64,000 nucleotides of DNA from Planktothrix sp. GU0601_MAG3 (GTDB lineage: Bacteria > Cyanobacteriota > Cyanobacteriia > Cyanobacteriales > Microcoleaceae), in NCBI GenBank assembly GCA_035193785.1, contig CP136572.1:1120001-1184000 (forward strand), given 5' to 3'. Both the position numbers and the translations under genes were made by a program. The notes under the pieces are model-generated. The model saw only the letters and a list, made by a program, of their open reading frames with translations, did not search any database and was not told the DNA's origin. Within the stretch, counting starts at the first letter, position 1. Every line of letters begins with the position of its first letter. Positions 11,464 through 23,203 of this stretch are shown piece by piece.

Positions 11464-12872
11464 TTTCAATCATGCGGTCATAAACCCTCTTTGAAATTTC
11501 AGGAAAAATCTTCCAATCATCCCCAAAGCTAGGATTGTCAGCTAAGATGACTAAAATATAACGAGTTTTTCGATCAGGACTTTCGATAATAGCTGCATCT
11601 TGGCGACTTTCAAATGTCCATCCAACTTTTGAAAAAACGTAACTATCTTGAGGCAAAGATTCAGCAAAGAAACCCGCGATAGAATTATATTCCTTTTGTT
11701 TCCAAACTTGCGGATTTAAGTCTCGTTTTAACAAATCTTTAATTTTTAAACTGTATTCTTTAGAAATAGCTTGGTTACTATCAATTTCATAAAGAAGTCG
11801 AGCGATATCATAACTGGTTAAATTATTTCTAATCGGTAACGTTCCTTTTCCACGAATTTGTAAATCTCTACCTTTGTCTGGTCTGTCTAAATTTAGATAA
11901 GGAATGGGAAAGTTTTTCTGGCTAACATTAAGATTCCTATAACCAGCATTCTCAAAAAATTCATTAACCGATAGTCGCTTATCCATCCAAATCTTGAGTT
12001 CTTCTGAATTCAATTCTCCGCCAGATTCTGTTCCTGTAATTGCATCGACAACACGACTAGCAGGTTTCATTATCAGAATCTTGAATTATTTTATAAATAT
12101 CTTGCTCTGAAATTGTTTTCTCTGGAAGAATACCAGCATCGTATTGTCCATATAAAGCAACTAACCAAAATAACTTAGAAACACTAGCCGGAAAAATAGG
12201 TTGCTTGTCAGAATATGAAGCATAATCACAACAGTTATTCGGATAACTTAAGTTAACTAAGCTAATGGATAAGTTATGAGTTGATAAACCTTTAGCTTGT
12301 ATCAAGGCTAAAATCTCATCAACAATTTGTTGCAATTTCTGATCAGTTTTAAATGGAGGAGGGCTTTTAAGGTTATAACTTAATTTTGAAAAATTAGAAG
12401 ATGCAACAGATGTAGAAGGTAGAATAGGTGGCGATAACACACTATTGATTTCTCTCTGATCTTGTAACTCAATTGTAAATGTTTGATCCTGTTTTGACTT
12501 AGGATGACTAATCACTAGGATGTAACTTCCTGTTTGAGACAATTCTTGCTCCAGAAAACCCTGTAATCTGAGTGGACGATTGTTCGGCTGGATTAGTGTC
12601 GATTGAATACTGGTATTTAGGACTAATTTTTGACCCACATCAGCATTAAAACCATAGCAACTGGCAGATTGAATTGGGATTGTTTGAGATTGGTTGGGCA
12701 TAAGATTTAAGTCTTGGGGTGTTTTACATTGGCTATTTCTATTACCAGAATTTTGAATCCAAAAACAGAGTCCGATAATACTCAAGATTACAGTAGGAAC
12801 TGAACAAAGAAATAAGTAAAACCTCAGCTTTTTAGGATAATGGATTTTACGTCGAGGTATTTTTAATGGCAT
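11459..12872 (-). CDS. Membrane-anchored class A beta-lactamase-like serine hydrolase with an N-terminal PPC-like domain (frameshift at GTTTC 12064-12068)
   Basis: N-terminal TM segment; SxxK (PASVSK), SDN and KVG (KTG-like) motifs. Confidence 0.85.
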
Positions 12873-13781
12873 TATTCTGCTTTTTTATAGTCGTAAATTT
12901 TCCAATTTCCATTTTCTTCCGAGAAGAAATAAGTATAATTCCCCGTTGATGAACCTGATCTGTTATAATCAATCCCATTAGAGCCATAAAGCGTTCGATC
13001 TTCATATACACGAACAGTGAGAGATGGTTGACTTCCTGAATCAGAAAAAGAGATAACTTCAGTAACGCGAGCATCTTTGTAATCGTAACGAGAATTATTT
13101 TTTTCTAACCAATTAATTGAACCATTTGGTTTAGTAATATCTTTATAAAGTTGCCCTGTCGTGTATTGATTAACTAATTGCCGATTAAAGGGAGGGGCAA
13201 AGATTTTAGATTTAGAAACCTAACCAATTTCCAACTAATTGAGCAGCTTGATTCTGACTTAATCCACTACTACTAGAACTTGATGAAACAGAAGGTTCAG
13301 GAACACTGGTCGGAGATGAAGTTGGGTTAACAGGAGAAGGATTAGAGGCAGCTTGCAAGCCTCCTAAACTCATTGCCAAGTTAAATGTTGTAGCGCCTTT
13401 GAGTGCAGCAACTTGAATGGTGTATTTTCCATTTTTAGGTAAGTCAATTCCTTCTACAGGCGTTAAATCTTGTGTAAAAATCCAAATACAAATATCATCT
13501 TTAGTTTGGTAATTCAGTTTTTGTCCAGCTTCAGCCTCAAAGGTATATCCAACGGTTTTACCAGCTTTGATTTGGCCGGATTCTTGGGTTGTCCCAGAAG
13601 TTGTTAAGGTAATCGGTTTGACATCTTTTTCCTCTAAAGTAACCGGAGGTTTTTCAGGGCAACTACCGGAAAAAGAGTCAGGAGTTTGAGAAATAGAAGG
13701 ACTATTACATCCAACGATTGCAAGTAATAAAACTGAGATGGAAAGCTTTTTCATGGGTTTAAAACACCAAATAGAATACAA
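12872..13781 (-). CDS. Lipoprotein: PPC-like domain + Ser/Pro linker + ARC6/IMS (DUF4101)-like C-terminal domain (frameshift at GAAAC 13215-13219)
   Basis: Lipobox IVGC; corrected C-terminus AAQLVGNWLGSKSKIFAPPFNRQLVNQYTTGQLY…WLEKNNSRYDY…VRVYEDRTLY…YTYFFSEENGNWKIYDY. Confidence 0.75.
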
Positions 13782-13801
13782 TTAAATGGTTATCCAAAAA
13801 A

Positions 13802-14639
13802 TTACTTAAGTTCTAATAAAGTAGATTCGCCGACTATAGCTCCATTAATTTCTGTTCTTACAAATTTTGCGAAAGCTCTAGCTTGTTGTAAATCTGTAAA
13901 GGAAGCAACTTGAATCCAAGCGATGTTAGTTTCTTTATTGGTTCTTTTTAAAGCATCTGTGCAGAATAAAGCACGAACTTTACTAAGATTTGCTTCAGTA
14001 TAGGGAATTTTAACGGGATAAAATCGAACTGGATAGGCATTCGGATCATTGGGTCGAGAATCACCACAGGAAACTTGAGGGAAGTTTGAGTGAGAGAAAG
14101 AATAAGAGGAAGGAATTGGAGTTGACTCAACAGGTACAGGTTCAGAGAAAGAATAAGAGGAAGGAATTCGAGTTGACTGAACAGGTACAGGTGGCGGAAA
14201 CAGGTACGGGTTGAGGAGGTGGAACAGAAGCAGAAGCCGCCTTAACATCTAAACCTATTTCTATATCAAAGGTTTTGGAACCTTGAAGCGTAGTAATTTG
14301 TGCGGTATATTTACCATCTTGAGGCAAGGTTGTACTGGTAATTACTTCATTATCTGGGCGATAAATCCACATACAAATTCCTTCCGTTGTTAGATAACTA
14401 AGTTGTTGATTTTTTTTCCCGATAAAGCTATAGCCTACGGCTCGACCTGTTTGAACTATTCCCGATTCTTTTACCTGCTGACCATCAATTGAAATGGTTT
14501 TCACATTTTCAGAAATTAATGTTTCCTTCGGTCTTTGAGGACATTCTTTCATAGTAGTTTGTGCCTGAATTTGGTTAAAGAGTTGAGAATCACAACCCGA
14601 TAGAATTAAAGCAAATAAATAGAGTAATATTTTTTTCAT
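13802..14639 (-). CDS. Lipoprotein: PPC-like domain + Pro-rich repeat + C-terminal SPOR-like domain (frameshift at GAAAC 14197-14201)
   Basis: Lipobox LSGC; N-domain similar to the neighbouring lipoprotein; C-terminus WIQVASFTDLQQARAFAKFV resembles the SPOR consensus. Confidence 0.7.
14094..14192 (-). repeat. 51-bp intragenic tandem repeat, 2 copies (PVPVQSTRIPSSYSFSE / PVPVESTPIPSSYSFSH)
   Basis: GAGAAAGAATAAGAGGAAGGAATT..AGTTGACT.AACAGGTACAGGT occurs twice at 51-nt spacing. Confidence 0.85.
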
Positions 14640-14648
14640 GAATTTCTC

Positions 14649-15975
14649 CTAACCTTCAAAGGCTTCTCGTTTTAAATGTTCGGCCCATAACCAAAATGGA
14701 ACTACGCCACCTCCAATTAAAACAATGAAAATTACCAGTAACATGATCAGGCGAGTAGGTAAGGGAAGCGATCGCCCAAATGCAGTGATAGTATAACCTT
14801 TAGGTTTGGATTCTACAGATTGAACCATAACTTTTACATCATGTTTTGAACCTCGTTCTGGATTGGGTTCACTGTAGGTAATTTGATATTCTCCTAACAG
14901 AGCATTTAAAAATAAATTCAGTTTTTCTGCAACTGTTTGAGCATCGGCAGAAAATTCCGAAATCCCCCCAGTAAGTTGAGCAATTTCTGCTAAACGGGCT
15001 TGATCAACAAATTCTGCTTCTGGAACTTTCCCTTTTCCTTTTAATTTTCCCTTTCCTTTTTCTTTTTCTTTTTCAATATCTCTACGGGTTGCAGCCCGTC
15101 CTAAACCATATTTTTGACCCAGTTGTTCTGGTGTTAAACCATAACCCAAAGTATGAACAATAATCTGCTCATTTCGCTTTAATAAAGCTCTGAGATTTTC
15201 AAAGTCTTGTTCTTCATTGGGTTTGTTATGATAGCCGTCGGATAAGAGAATAATGGATAGTCTAGGTTGAGGTTGATTAGGATCTTCAGGAATTGCAAAA
15301 CGCGGATCGGCATCATTGGCTAAAAATCGAATTGCACGACTCAACGGTTTCATAAATATTTGTCGAGGCGCAAGGTGTTTCACTGGCTAAAAAATCCAGG
15401 TAGTTACTGAGTTTAAAATCTCCGGCTGGAAAAAACTTATCTAGGTTTTTTTCTCTGACTGGATAACCTTTTGCACAAGCAGCGCCAGGATCGCCAAAGG
15501 GAACAATAGAAACTTGTGGTTTGGGGCAGACTTGATTTTTAGGACAGCGTTCTGCTAGGGCATTTGTAAATTCTCTAACCGCATTAATGGCTCCGTCAAT
15601 TCGAGTTGTTCCTCGACTATCTTGTTGGTTCATACTGCCGCTATAGTCCAACAAAACAATAATCCAAGCCGGAGGCGGAATCGTCTCTTCGGGGCTTTTC
15701 CAATCTTTCCCGCGAAATTCTATGGGTCGATCATTAACAGTGAGTTTAAAATCTGTATCTTGCAGAAAAACTTCCGGTTTGTCATTGGCATCTTTAACCT
15801 TAATCCGAACTGTAACCCGATCCTCATTAACAAGTGGGTTATCAATGATTTCAACGGATTTAACCTGGGCTAAACTGGGACTACTAAAGTAACCTGCTAG
15901 TAGAATAGATACACTAAGCCTGCGTATCCAGAAACCGATTGTAGTAGACAAATCGATAGATTTTTTCATCATCAA
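14649..15975 (-). CDS. Exported vWA domain protein with signal peptide and C-terminal TM anchor (frameshift at GTTTC 15347-15351)
   Basis: Signal-like N-terminus ending PSLA-Q; DYSGSM, STNIY, LSDG MIDAS motifs; C-terminal LIMLLVIFIVLIGGGVVPFWLW. Confidence 0.82.
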
Positions 15976-16994
15976 AAGGGTTCTGGTCTAGTGGATAAAA
16001 AGTCAGCAAATAGTTATGCCGTAAATGAATTTTACGACGCGATCCTAAGCGATCGCCATTTACTTCGATGGTTCGATAAAACCTGGGGTTAGGAAACTAA
16101 AATCGCTTCACGGGTTTTAATTTCTAACTCGGCTGCGTGCTTAGGTAAACCAGGGATACGAATATTGGCTTTTTCAGATGATCCGATTCTAATTTTACCC
16201 TTAGTAGGTAATTGAATGGATAACCCTTCTTCAATTTCATCGGCTTCGCTATCGCTGACAAATTTAAGTTGGGAAGTATCAATCCTAGGATTGAATTTAC
16301 TGTTGGTCTTTGCTTTGGGATCAAAATCTTCATATTTTTGCCCGGTGTATTCAAATCCGGCTCCGGCTCTCAGGGCTGCCATGTAGCTTGGAGAAGTGGA
16401 AATACTAAATACAAAACCAAGCAACATTCCCAAAATAGAAAACCCAACAGGATCTTCAATGCCTTTAAAAGCGGGGGGAAAAGCGCCAATTTGTCGCAAA
16501 ATTTCAAAAATTAGTGCTGCGGATAAACTGGCAATGATACTACCCGTTAAACTGGTTAATAACCGTTTTCGGTAGCGTTTGCGATCGCCTGCTTCTATGC
16601 TATGCCATCGCCAAGTGATGCCCTCAGCTAGACCAATAGAACTGCCAATTAGCAACCAAGAAACGATTCTCAAAATTCGAGTATCAAAGCGAATTTGAGG
16701 CAATAGAACGATTTGAGAAATTCCGCCCGTAACTAAACCAGACAAGATTCCGAATCCCATGGCAATCATAACAGGAATTACAGCAATTTGCAAGATTAAT
16801 TTCGGTCGAGTGGGACTACTAATTAAAACTTCTGTTAAGACCATTCCAATCGCCAAAGAGGAGGCAATGCAAGGAAATAACACAACTTCAGGAAACTGTT
16901 TTAGGATACCCAAATCGGTTAAAAAGATTTGACCGATATTCCAGCCAATTAAGGCGGAGGTAATTCCAGCTAGGATGTAAAAGTAAACTCTCAT
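15914..16994 (-). CDS. Multi-pass (~6 TM) membrane protein with C-terminal FHA-like domain (frameshift at GAAAC 16093-16097)
   Basis: Gly-rich TM helices; C-terminus IRIGSSEKANIRIPGLPKHAAELEI…(corrected) LVPNPRFYRTIEVNGDRLGSRRKIHLRHNYLLTF…RFVYYNRFLDTQA*. Confidence 0.72.
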
Positions 16995-17012
16995 TTGACT
17001 TATGTTTTTTAG

Positions 17013-18426
17013 TTATTTTGCTGGATTATTTTTGAATTTTTCCTCTATTTTATTTGCAGTTTTACCTCCTTTTTCAATAATTCCATCGGGTTTGTCAAAT
17101 CCTTTTATGGCTTGTTGATAATTATATATAGCTATAACCAAATCTTGCTTTGTTTTATCGTCAAGATTTGTTATAGAATCAGAATTTGTATTTTTTAAAC
17201 CTAGAATCTGCATAATTTTCTGTTCATATTGCTCATTGACATTTCCATCAGCATTTTTAATAAGGTCTTCAATTGCTACTTGTGTCTCATTATCGAATTC
17301 CTCGACTGCCTTATTTAAAATTTTTTTATCTATCTTAGGTTCAGTAGTTGGAGTGGCAGAGGAAGTAGGTGAACTATTTGTTTCACCTGTTAGATTACTA
17401 TACTCAGACTTAAAAGCAGTTACTCGACCAATCGCTAATCCTCCACTAAAAGTCACTAACAAAATAGCTAAGGCAACTCCAACTCGCATATAACTTCCTC
17501 TAATTTCAAAATCTTTTAGTAAAAGTAAAAACAAGAGGTCAAGAAAAGTTACTTTTCTCTCTACCTGAACCCCATAAACATTAGAATGCCATCCATCTCT
17601 GCTTGCCAATTGAGAAAACATTCGTTTAGAAACTTTCCCTCTACCATAAGCAATATGAGAAAAAAATGCCGCTAATTTTGGTTGATCTTCTAACTTTTCA
17701 AATAAGTCAGCTAACGGTTTATAGTATTCTAGTTTAGGGACAGATGAATTTTTCCAGAAATTACTTATCTCTCCTAAAATTTTATACCATTCATCATGAC
17801 TGGTCAATTTAAAAGTTAAATTTTTTTCCACACTAGCAAATTTTTGCATTAATTTTAAATCATGATCTAAATAATCAGGAATAAAAACCTTGGAGTAAGA
17901 CCAACTCCAAAGTCCATCTGGTAGTCGTAATAACCGGACAGCAACTTCCACTTGTTCAGGATTTTCAAGTAAACTAGGAATTAGCCTTGTTACCCCCTCA
18001 ACTAGATTGTTAATTAAAATTAAGTTTGGAGTGTGCTTAGAAAGTTGAGTGAGAGCCTTTCCAATTTCAATTTGAAAATTCTCAGAAGTTTGATAATGAT
18101 CATCCTGTTTACCCCGCTTAGACATCCAGAATAGATAGTTTCGGTAACATCTCTGGAATTAAAATGGCTTGCAGGGTTAAAAGTCGAACCATTTGAGGGC
18201 TATATATTCCTAGCGATCTCGCATGATCCGCTCCTTGACTATCAAACAAAGATTTCCAGTAATCCTTAGTAACTTGGGGATCATTCAAGGCACTTTCTAA
18301 GATGAGAATTTGATCAAGCTTGACCTGTTCTCGACTACTTAACCCTTTAATTGCAGACTTAATCGGTAATTTCATTTGCTTTAAGGTGAAAGTCATTCCA
18401 GCTAGGATGTCAGGGTAAGTTCTCAT
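17013..18426 (-). CDS. Duplicated C-terminal cassette of the GAP1-like protein (helical region, TM, linker, PG-binding-like tail) with a chimeric start (frameshift at GTTTC 18138-18142)
   Basis: Near-identical to 18455-19840 from IKSAIKGLSSREQVK to GGLAIGRVTA; its first codons resemble the start of the 16994 gene. Confidence 0.8.
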
Positions 18427-18454
18427 TTTACGGCGAATTTTGAGTTTTCTATAT

Positions 18455-20552
18455 TCATTTGTTTAATTTTTCTTGTATTTTCTTCGCAGTGTCACGTTCT
18501 GTATCAATAATTCCATCAGCTTTTAAGGGTTTGCCATTGAAGCTATTGTTTTTTTGATAATTATATATAGCTTCAACCCACTTTGTTTTAAGTTTAGTAT
18601 CTTTTATGGAATCATAAGTTAAAGGTGTTAAACCTAGAATCTGCATAATTTGCTGTTTAGCTAAGTTATTGCCGCTGTCCTCAGCCTTTTTAATAATGTC
18701 TTCAATTGCTACTTTTGTCCTCTGATCGAATTCCGTGACTGCATTAGCCTCATCAAAATCTGCTGGAGGTTTATTAGATTGAGTAGCTGAAGGGGTAGGG
18801 GACTTAGGTGAATTTCCTTGAATAGTTTTTTGATCTGATCCATCACTAGGCTTAGAAGTAGTTGAAGGTTGAGGAGTTTCTGGTTGTTTATCAGCCGTTA
18901 CTCTACCAATTGCTAACCCTCCACTAAAAGTCACTAATAAAATAGCTAAAGCAACTCCAACGCGCATATCAATTCCTCCAATTTCAAATTTTTTTAGTAA
19001 AAGTAAAAACAAGAGTTCAAGAAAAGTAACTTTTCCCTCTACGTTAACCCCATAAACATCACAATACCATCCATCTCTGTTTGCTAGTTTAGAAAAGATC
19101 TGTTTAGGAACTTCCCCTTTACCATAAGCAATATGAGAAAATAAAGCTGCTAATTTTGGCGGTTTTTCTAACTTTTCAAATAAGTCAGCTAACGGTTTAT
19201 AGTCTTCTAGTTTAGGTGGAGCATCCTTTTTCCAAAAATAACTTATCTTTTCTAAAATTTGATTCCATTCATCATGACTGGTCAATTTATAAGTTGCTTT
19301 TTTGTCGCCCCTAGCAAAGTTTGGCATAGAGATCAAATAATGCTCTAAATTCGGAATAAAAAACTTGGAGTAAGACCAACTCCAAAGCCCATTCGGTAGC
19401 TTTAATAACCAGACAGCAACCTCGACTTGTTCAGGATGTTTAAGTAAGCTAGGAATTAGCCTTGTTACCCCCTCAACTAGATTGTTAATTAAAATTAAGT
19501 TTGGAGTGTGCTTATAAAGTTGAGTGAGAGCCTTTCCAATTTCAATTTGAAAATTCTCAGAAGTTTGATAACGATCATCCTGTTTACCCTGCTTAGACAT
19601 CCAGAATAGATAGTTTCGGTAACATCTCTGGAATTAAAATCGCTTGTAGGGTCAAAAGCCTCACCATTTGAGGGCTATATATTCCTAGCGTTCGCCCTTG
19701 AGTCGCCCCTTCACTATTAAACAAAGATTCCCAGTAATCCTTAGTAACTTGAGGATTATTTAAAGCCTGTTCTAAGATGTGAATTTGCTCAGGTTTGACC
19801 TGTTCTCGACTACTCAACCCTTTAATTGCAGACTTAATCGACTGTTCCCCAGAAATATTAACCGTATATTGGGGTGTAATAGCAGTGATTCTTCGCAACA
19901 GTTGTTCAGCTTTTTCACTGGCAGGTTGAATCACTTGAAACCGTGTTGGCTGTTCCAATGCCTCCACTTTAAATGCCCAAGAAATCAGTTGATTTTCTGC
20001 GATTTGACCTGCCATTTCATTTAAAATTAGAAGCGTGCAACGTTCCTGCCAAGGAATAATAATCGGTGTGGGATTATCAAGTAACAATTTAAACTCATCC
20101 CGTAAAGGGATAGGGTCTGAACCTGTAATAGTATAAACAGTTTTACTGCCAATCTTTTTAACATCATCGGGATTAAAAACCGGAAAGGGGCGTTGATTAA
20201 TAATCCAAGCTAAAATATTACCCAGATTGCCAATTCCTTCACACAAAAAATAACGATACATCGAAGCACTCCGTCCCCGATCATCTCGACCTTTTGTAAC
20301 AACAGCAATCACTGACCATTCCTCACCATTGTCCGATATTTCACGGCCAATAACCGCAGGTTCATCACTAGAAGCACCCTCTGCAACAGCAAATTCTCGG
20401 TTCCTGATCGCTCTTTGAACCGCCCCAGGAATTTGATCAAGGGTACTATTCATATATTCCCCTGTAAACCCCAGCGAAACCCAACCCGTGCCGACCCCTT
20501 TAAATTCAATTCCGGTGCTAAATTCGTAAATTTCGATTTCTGATGGACTCAT
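18455..20552 (-). CDS. GTPase-associated (GAP1-like) membrane protein: globular N-domain, helical middle, TM, S/T/P linker, peptidoglycan-binding-like C-terminus (frameshift at GTTTC 19613-19617)
   Basis: Directly follows three GTPases; N-domain motif KGRDDRGRSASMYRYF; C-terminal AIYNYQ…LKADGII…T resembles PG_binding_1; PNYLFWMSKQ is restored on correction. Confidence 0.62.
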
Positions 20553-20556
20553 AATA

Positions 20557-21478
20557 TTAATCCTTATCTAAGTCTTTGTGACGCTCGCCTGTGCAGAGCC
20601 AATAAATGGGAGCAACTAAACCGAAAGGTCGCCACCGTTTAGGAGTTTTAATAATAGAAGTTGTGCCATCGCGATCGCGATTCAACCGTTTAGAATTGGG
20701 TTCAGGAAATTGACTTCCTAACATCCCAAAGGCAGAAGTTGTAAAGTAATCGACTTGACCTACCCCCATATTTTCCCAAGCTTGTAATTTCCGATGAACT
20801 TGCGGAAATCGCATAATTGCTAACTCTCTAGGTTTATGGCGATTTACCCACAATTCTGATTGTTCACATTTAGACATCACAAAGGCAATTCGTCGCTTAC
20901 TCATGCCAATATCTGTCCGATCCAATGCCATCAAAAACTTATCTAAGCCATTGGCATATTCAGCATCTTTCCGATGGGTTGTACCATCGACAAGAAACAT
21001 AATTCCTGATGCTTGTAAACAATCTTCTAGGTAATCTTCTAGGCGAGAATCTCCGGTTTTATGCAGTAAATCGCTGAAAAATTCCCCCGCATAATCTTTA
21101 CAACTAATATTAAGCCGAACCAGTTGAGATCGCAAGGTTGCTTTCCCATCTTTCCACGAAAATTGACCTTTTAAAACAATACTTAATGTGTAGTCTTTCA
21201 CATCTTGCGCCATTGCATTTAAGTCAGTGGGTTCTAGTTCTAACCCCTGTTCTAAAATGTTTTGAGCTTTAGTAATCAGTTCACTTCCCTCATCGCCAAC
21301 GGGAATCACACTTTGTACTGGACTATTGGGATCAGCATTTGGCCAATAGGCTAAGGATGCCATATAAGCTGTTTTGCCAGAACTGCGATCGCCTATCACC
21401 CGTAACACCGCATCTTTATCAATAGATTGGGGTTTCCGTTGAACTTTTTTTCGGATTTGTTTTGAGCCAATCTAGCAC
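20557..21478 (-). CDS. TRAFAC-class GTPase, third of three (frameshift at GTTTC 21432-21436)
   Basis: G1 GDRSSGKT, G2 EPT, G3 DYAG, G4 SKCE, G5-like TSAFG; correction extends the ORF to a GTG at 21478 (VLDWLK…TEPQSIDKDAVLRVIG). Confidence 0.85.
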
Positions 21479-21484
21479 GATTTT

Positions 21485-22300
21485 CTATCCTTTTTTACTC
21501 AGCCAATACAGAGGGTCAATCATGTTGTAAGGACGCCAATTGGAGACTTCCCTTAAAACCGAAGCTTTTCCATCTTTTCCCTGTTCATCAATTCGATTGG
21601 GACGAGGATCAGTTCTTTGGAGAACTCCAAAAGTTGATAAGGCATAAAACCTTAAATTTTTCGGAGAAACTCTTTCTTTTAAGGTGGCTTTAGTATTCGG
21701 TAAATGGACTCCAAACAAATCAATTTCGGGTTCAATTCTTCCTGGCCAAAGTTCTCCTCGTTCACACTTACTCATGGCAATTGCTAATTTTAAATCCTTG
21801 AGTCGATCATTAACATCCATGAGGTCAATAAATCGATTCATTACCCGATTATAAAATTTATCAGTTCCCTTTTTCCATTCAGGTAATAAAATTAAACAAC
21901 CGACAACATCTTTCATCAAGCATTCCTTAATGAATTCTTCATGAATAGAATCCGATAGGTTAGGTTCAGCAATTTTTTCAAACACTTCTCCTGGGTAATC
22001 TCGTACATTCAATTGAAAAGATTCCGTTTTACTGAAAACATTCTTTTTGATTTCAATATTAAAAAAATAAAATGGCAAATCATCAACGGATTGAATCACA
22101 TCCCCAATCACCGTTGGTTCCACAGATTCCCCTTGACAAATGATATTTTCTGCTTTATCTGCAATTGCCCTAGAATCATCATTCAGAGGTTGCAAGTTAA
22201 AATTTTTTGATTTACTACTCAGTCGCTTTTTATAAGCTAAAGCGGCTAAATAGGTTGTCTTTCCCGAAGCTCGTGGCCCAATAATGCAAATGTTGCCCAT
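21485..22300 (-). CDS. TRAFAC-class GTPase, second of three
   Basis: G1 GPRASGKT, G2 EPT, G3 DYPG, G4 SKCE, LSTFG; ATG at 22300 preceded by AAGGAG. Confidence 0.85.
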   Translation of the reverse strand: MGNICIIGPRASGKTTYLAALAYKKRLSSKSKNFNLQPLNDDSRAIADKAENIICQGESVEPTVIGDVIQSVDDLPFYFFNIEIKKNVFSKTESFQLNVRDYPGEVFEKIAEPNLSDSIHEEFIKECLMKDVVGCLILLPEWKKGTDKFYNRVMNRFIDLMDVNDRLKDLKLAIAMSKCERGELWPGRIEPEIDLFGVHLPNTKATLKERVSPKNLRFYALSTFGVLQRTDPRPNRIDEQGKDGKASVLREVSNWRPYNMIDPLYWLSKKG

Positions 22301-22313
22301 TCTCACTCTCCTT

Positions 22314-23073
22314 TTATTTAGCAAAAAAACTTCCAAAGTAAATCCAAGGAAGTTCCAACAAATCTCGATTCTTGATGCTGGTAATAAAGCATCTTACCGC
22401 TAACCCTGAAACTTTTTTATTAATTTCTTTGATTTGGCTATGAATCGGTTTAAAATATCGTTGAAAAATATAATCATGTCGTTGCTGCCAGTTCATTCGA
22501 GAACGGTTGGGGATATAAGCCAGTTGACTTGCTTCTTTTTGCAAATCACAAAATAAATCTGCTTTATTCAAGCAAAGAGCTAAATGTCGAATTTTGGGAC
22601 AATCTTGGTGGAAGAAATCAACCCATCGATTAAACCGATTACACCATTGTTCTTGGGTAATAAAAAGATCAAGATCATAACTAGGTTTAATCAATTCTCG
22701 ATAGGGAGGAAGAATTAATAAAATCCCCTCACTTTGACGCAAACTTTCTAAAAATATCTTCCACTGATCAGAATTTTTAGATTGCCAAGTTTTGCGCCAG
22801 ATTTCACCAGGGGTATCGATCCAGTCTAAAGAAATTTGTTTAGAAACCCGTAGGGAGGGTAACTTGTATTTCTAAAGTCCTTTCATAACTGGCTTGTGCA
22901 GCCTCAGTCGCCCTTGTTCGTTGGAGTTCCTGATCAAATAGGAATCCTTTCAGGTACTCATAGTCTGGACTGATCACTTTGACATAATTGCCGTTAGGAT
23001 GGGCTAACTCCATTGCTAAGGAAGTTTTGCCCGTTTCGCGATCGCCGATGTAAATAACTCCCACTAAGATCAC
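22314..23073 (-). CDS. TRAFAC-class GTPase, first of three (frameshift at GAAAC 22843-22847)
   Basis: G1 GDRETGKT, G3 DTPG (restored on correction), G4 NKAD, G5-like ITSI. Confidence 0.85.
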
Positions 23074-23203
23074 CTCTGGTTTTTAAGTCTGGACTACATT
23101 CTGGCTAATTAGGGCTTCTTGTTATCTATTGATTGAAGCCTTAGAATTTTACGCCAATCTTGAGATTTCGTTACAATACTTCACAATATTTTTTGATTTC
23201 TCC

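Noticed and set aside
11459..12872. Acquired antibiotic-resistance beta-lactamase
   Set aside because: Membrane-anchored, fused to a PPC-like domain, KVG in place of KTG and embedded in the operon; more consistent with a PBP-like cell-wall enzyme or sensor, and activity cannot be shown from sequence
3239..23073. Type VI secretion cluster (FHA, PP2C, kinase and vWA resemble T6SS accessory genes)
   Set aside because: No TssB/C, Hcp, VgrG, ClpV or baseplate genes are recognisable in the window
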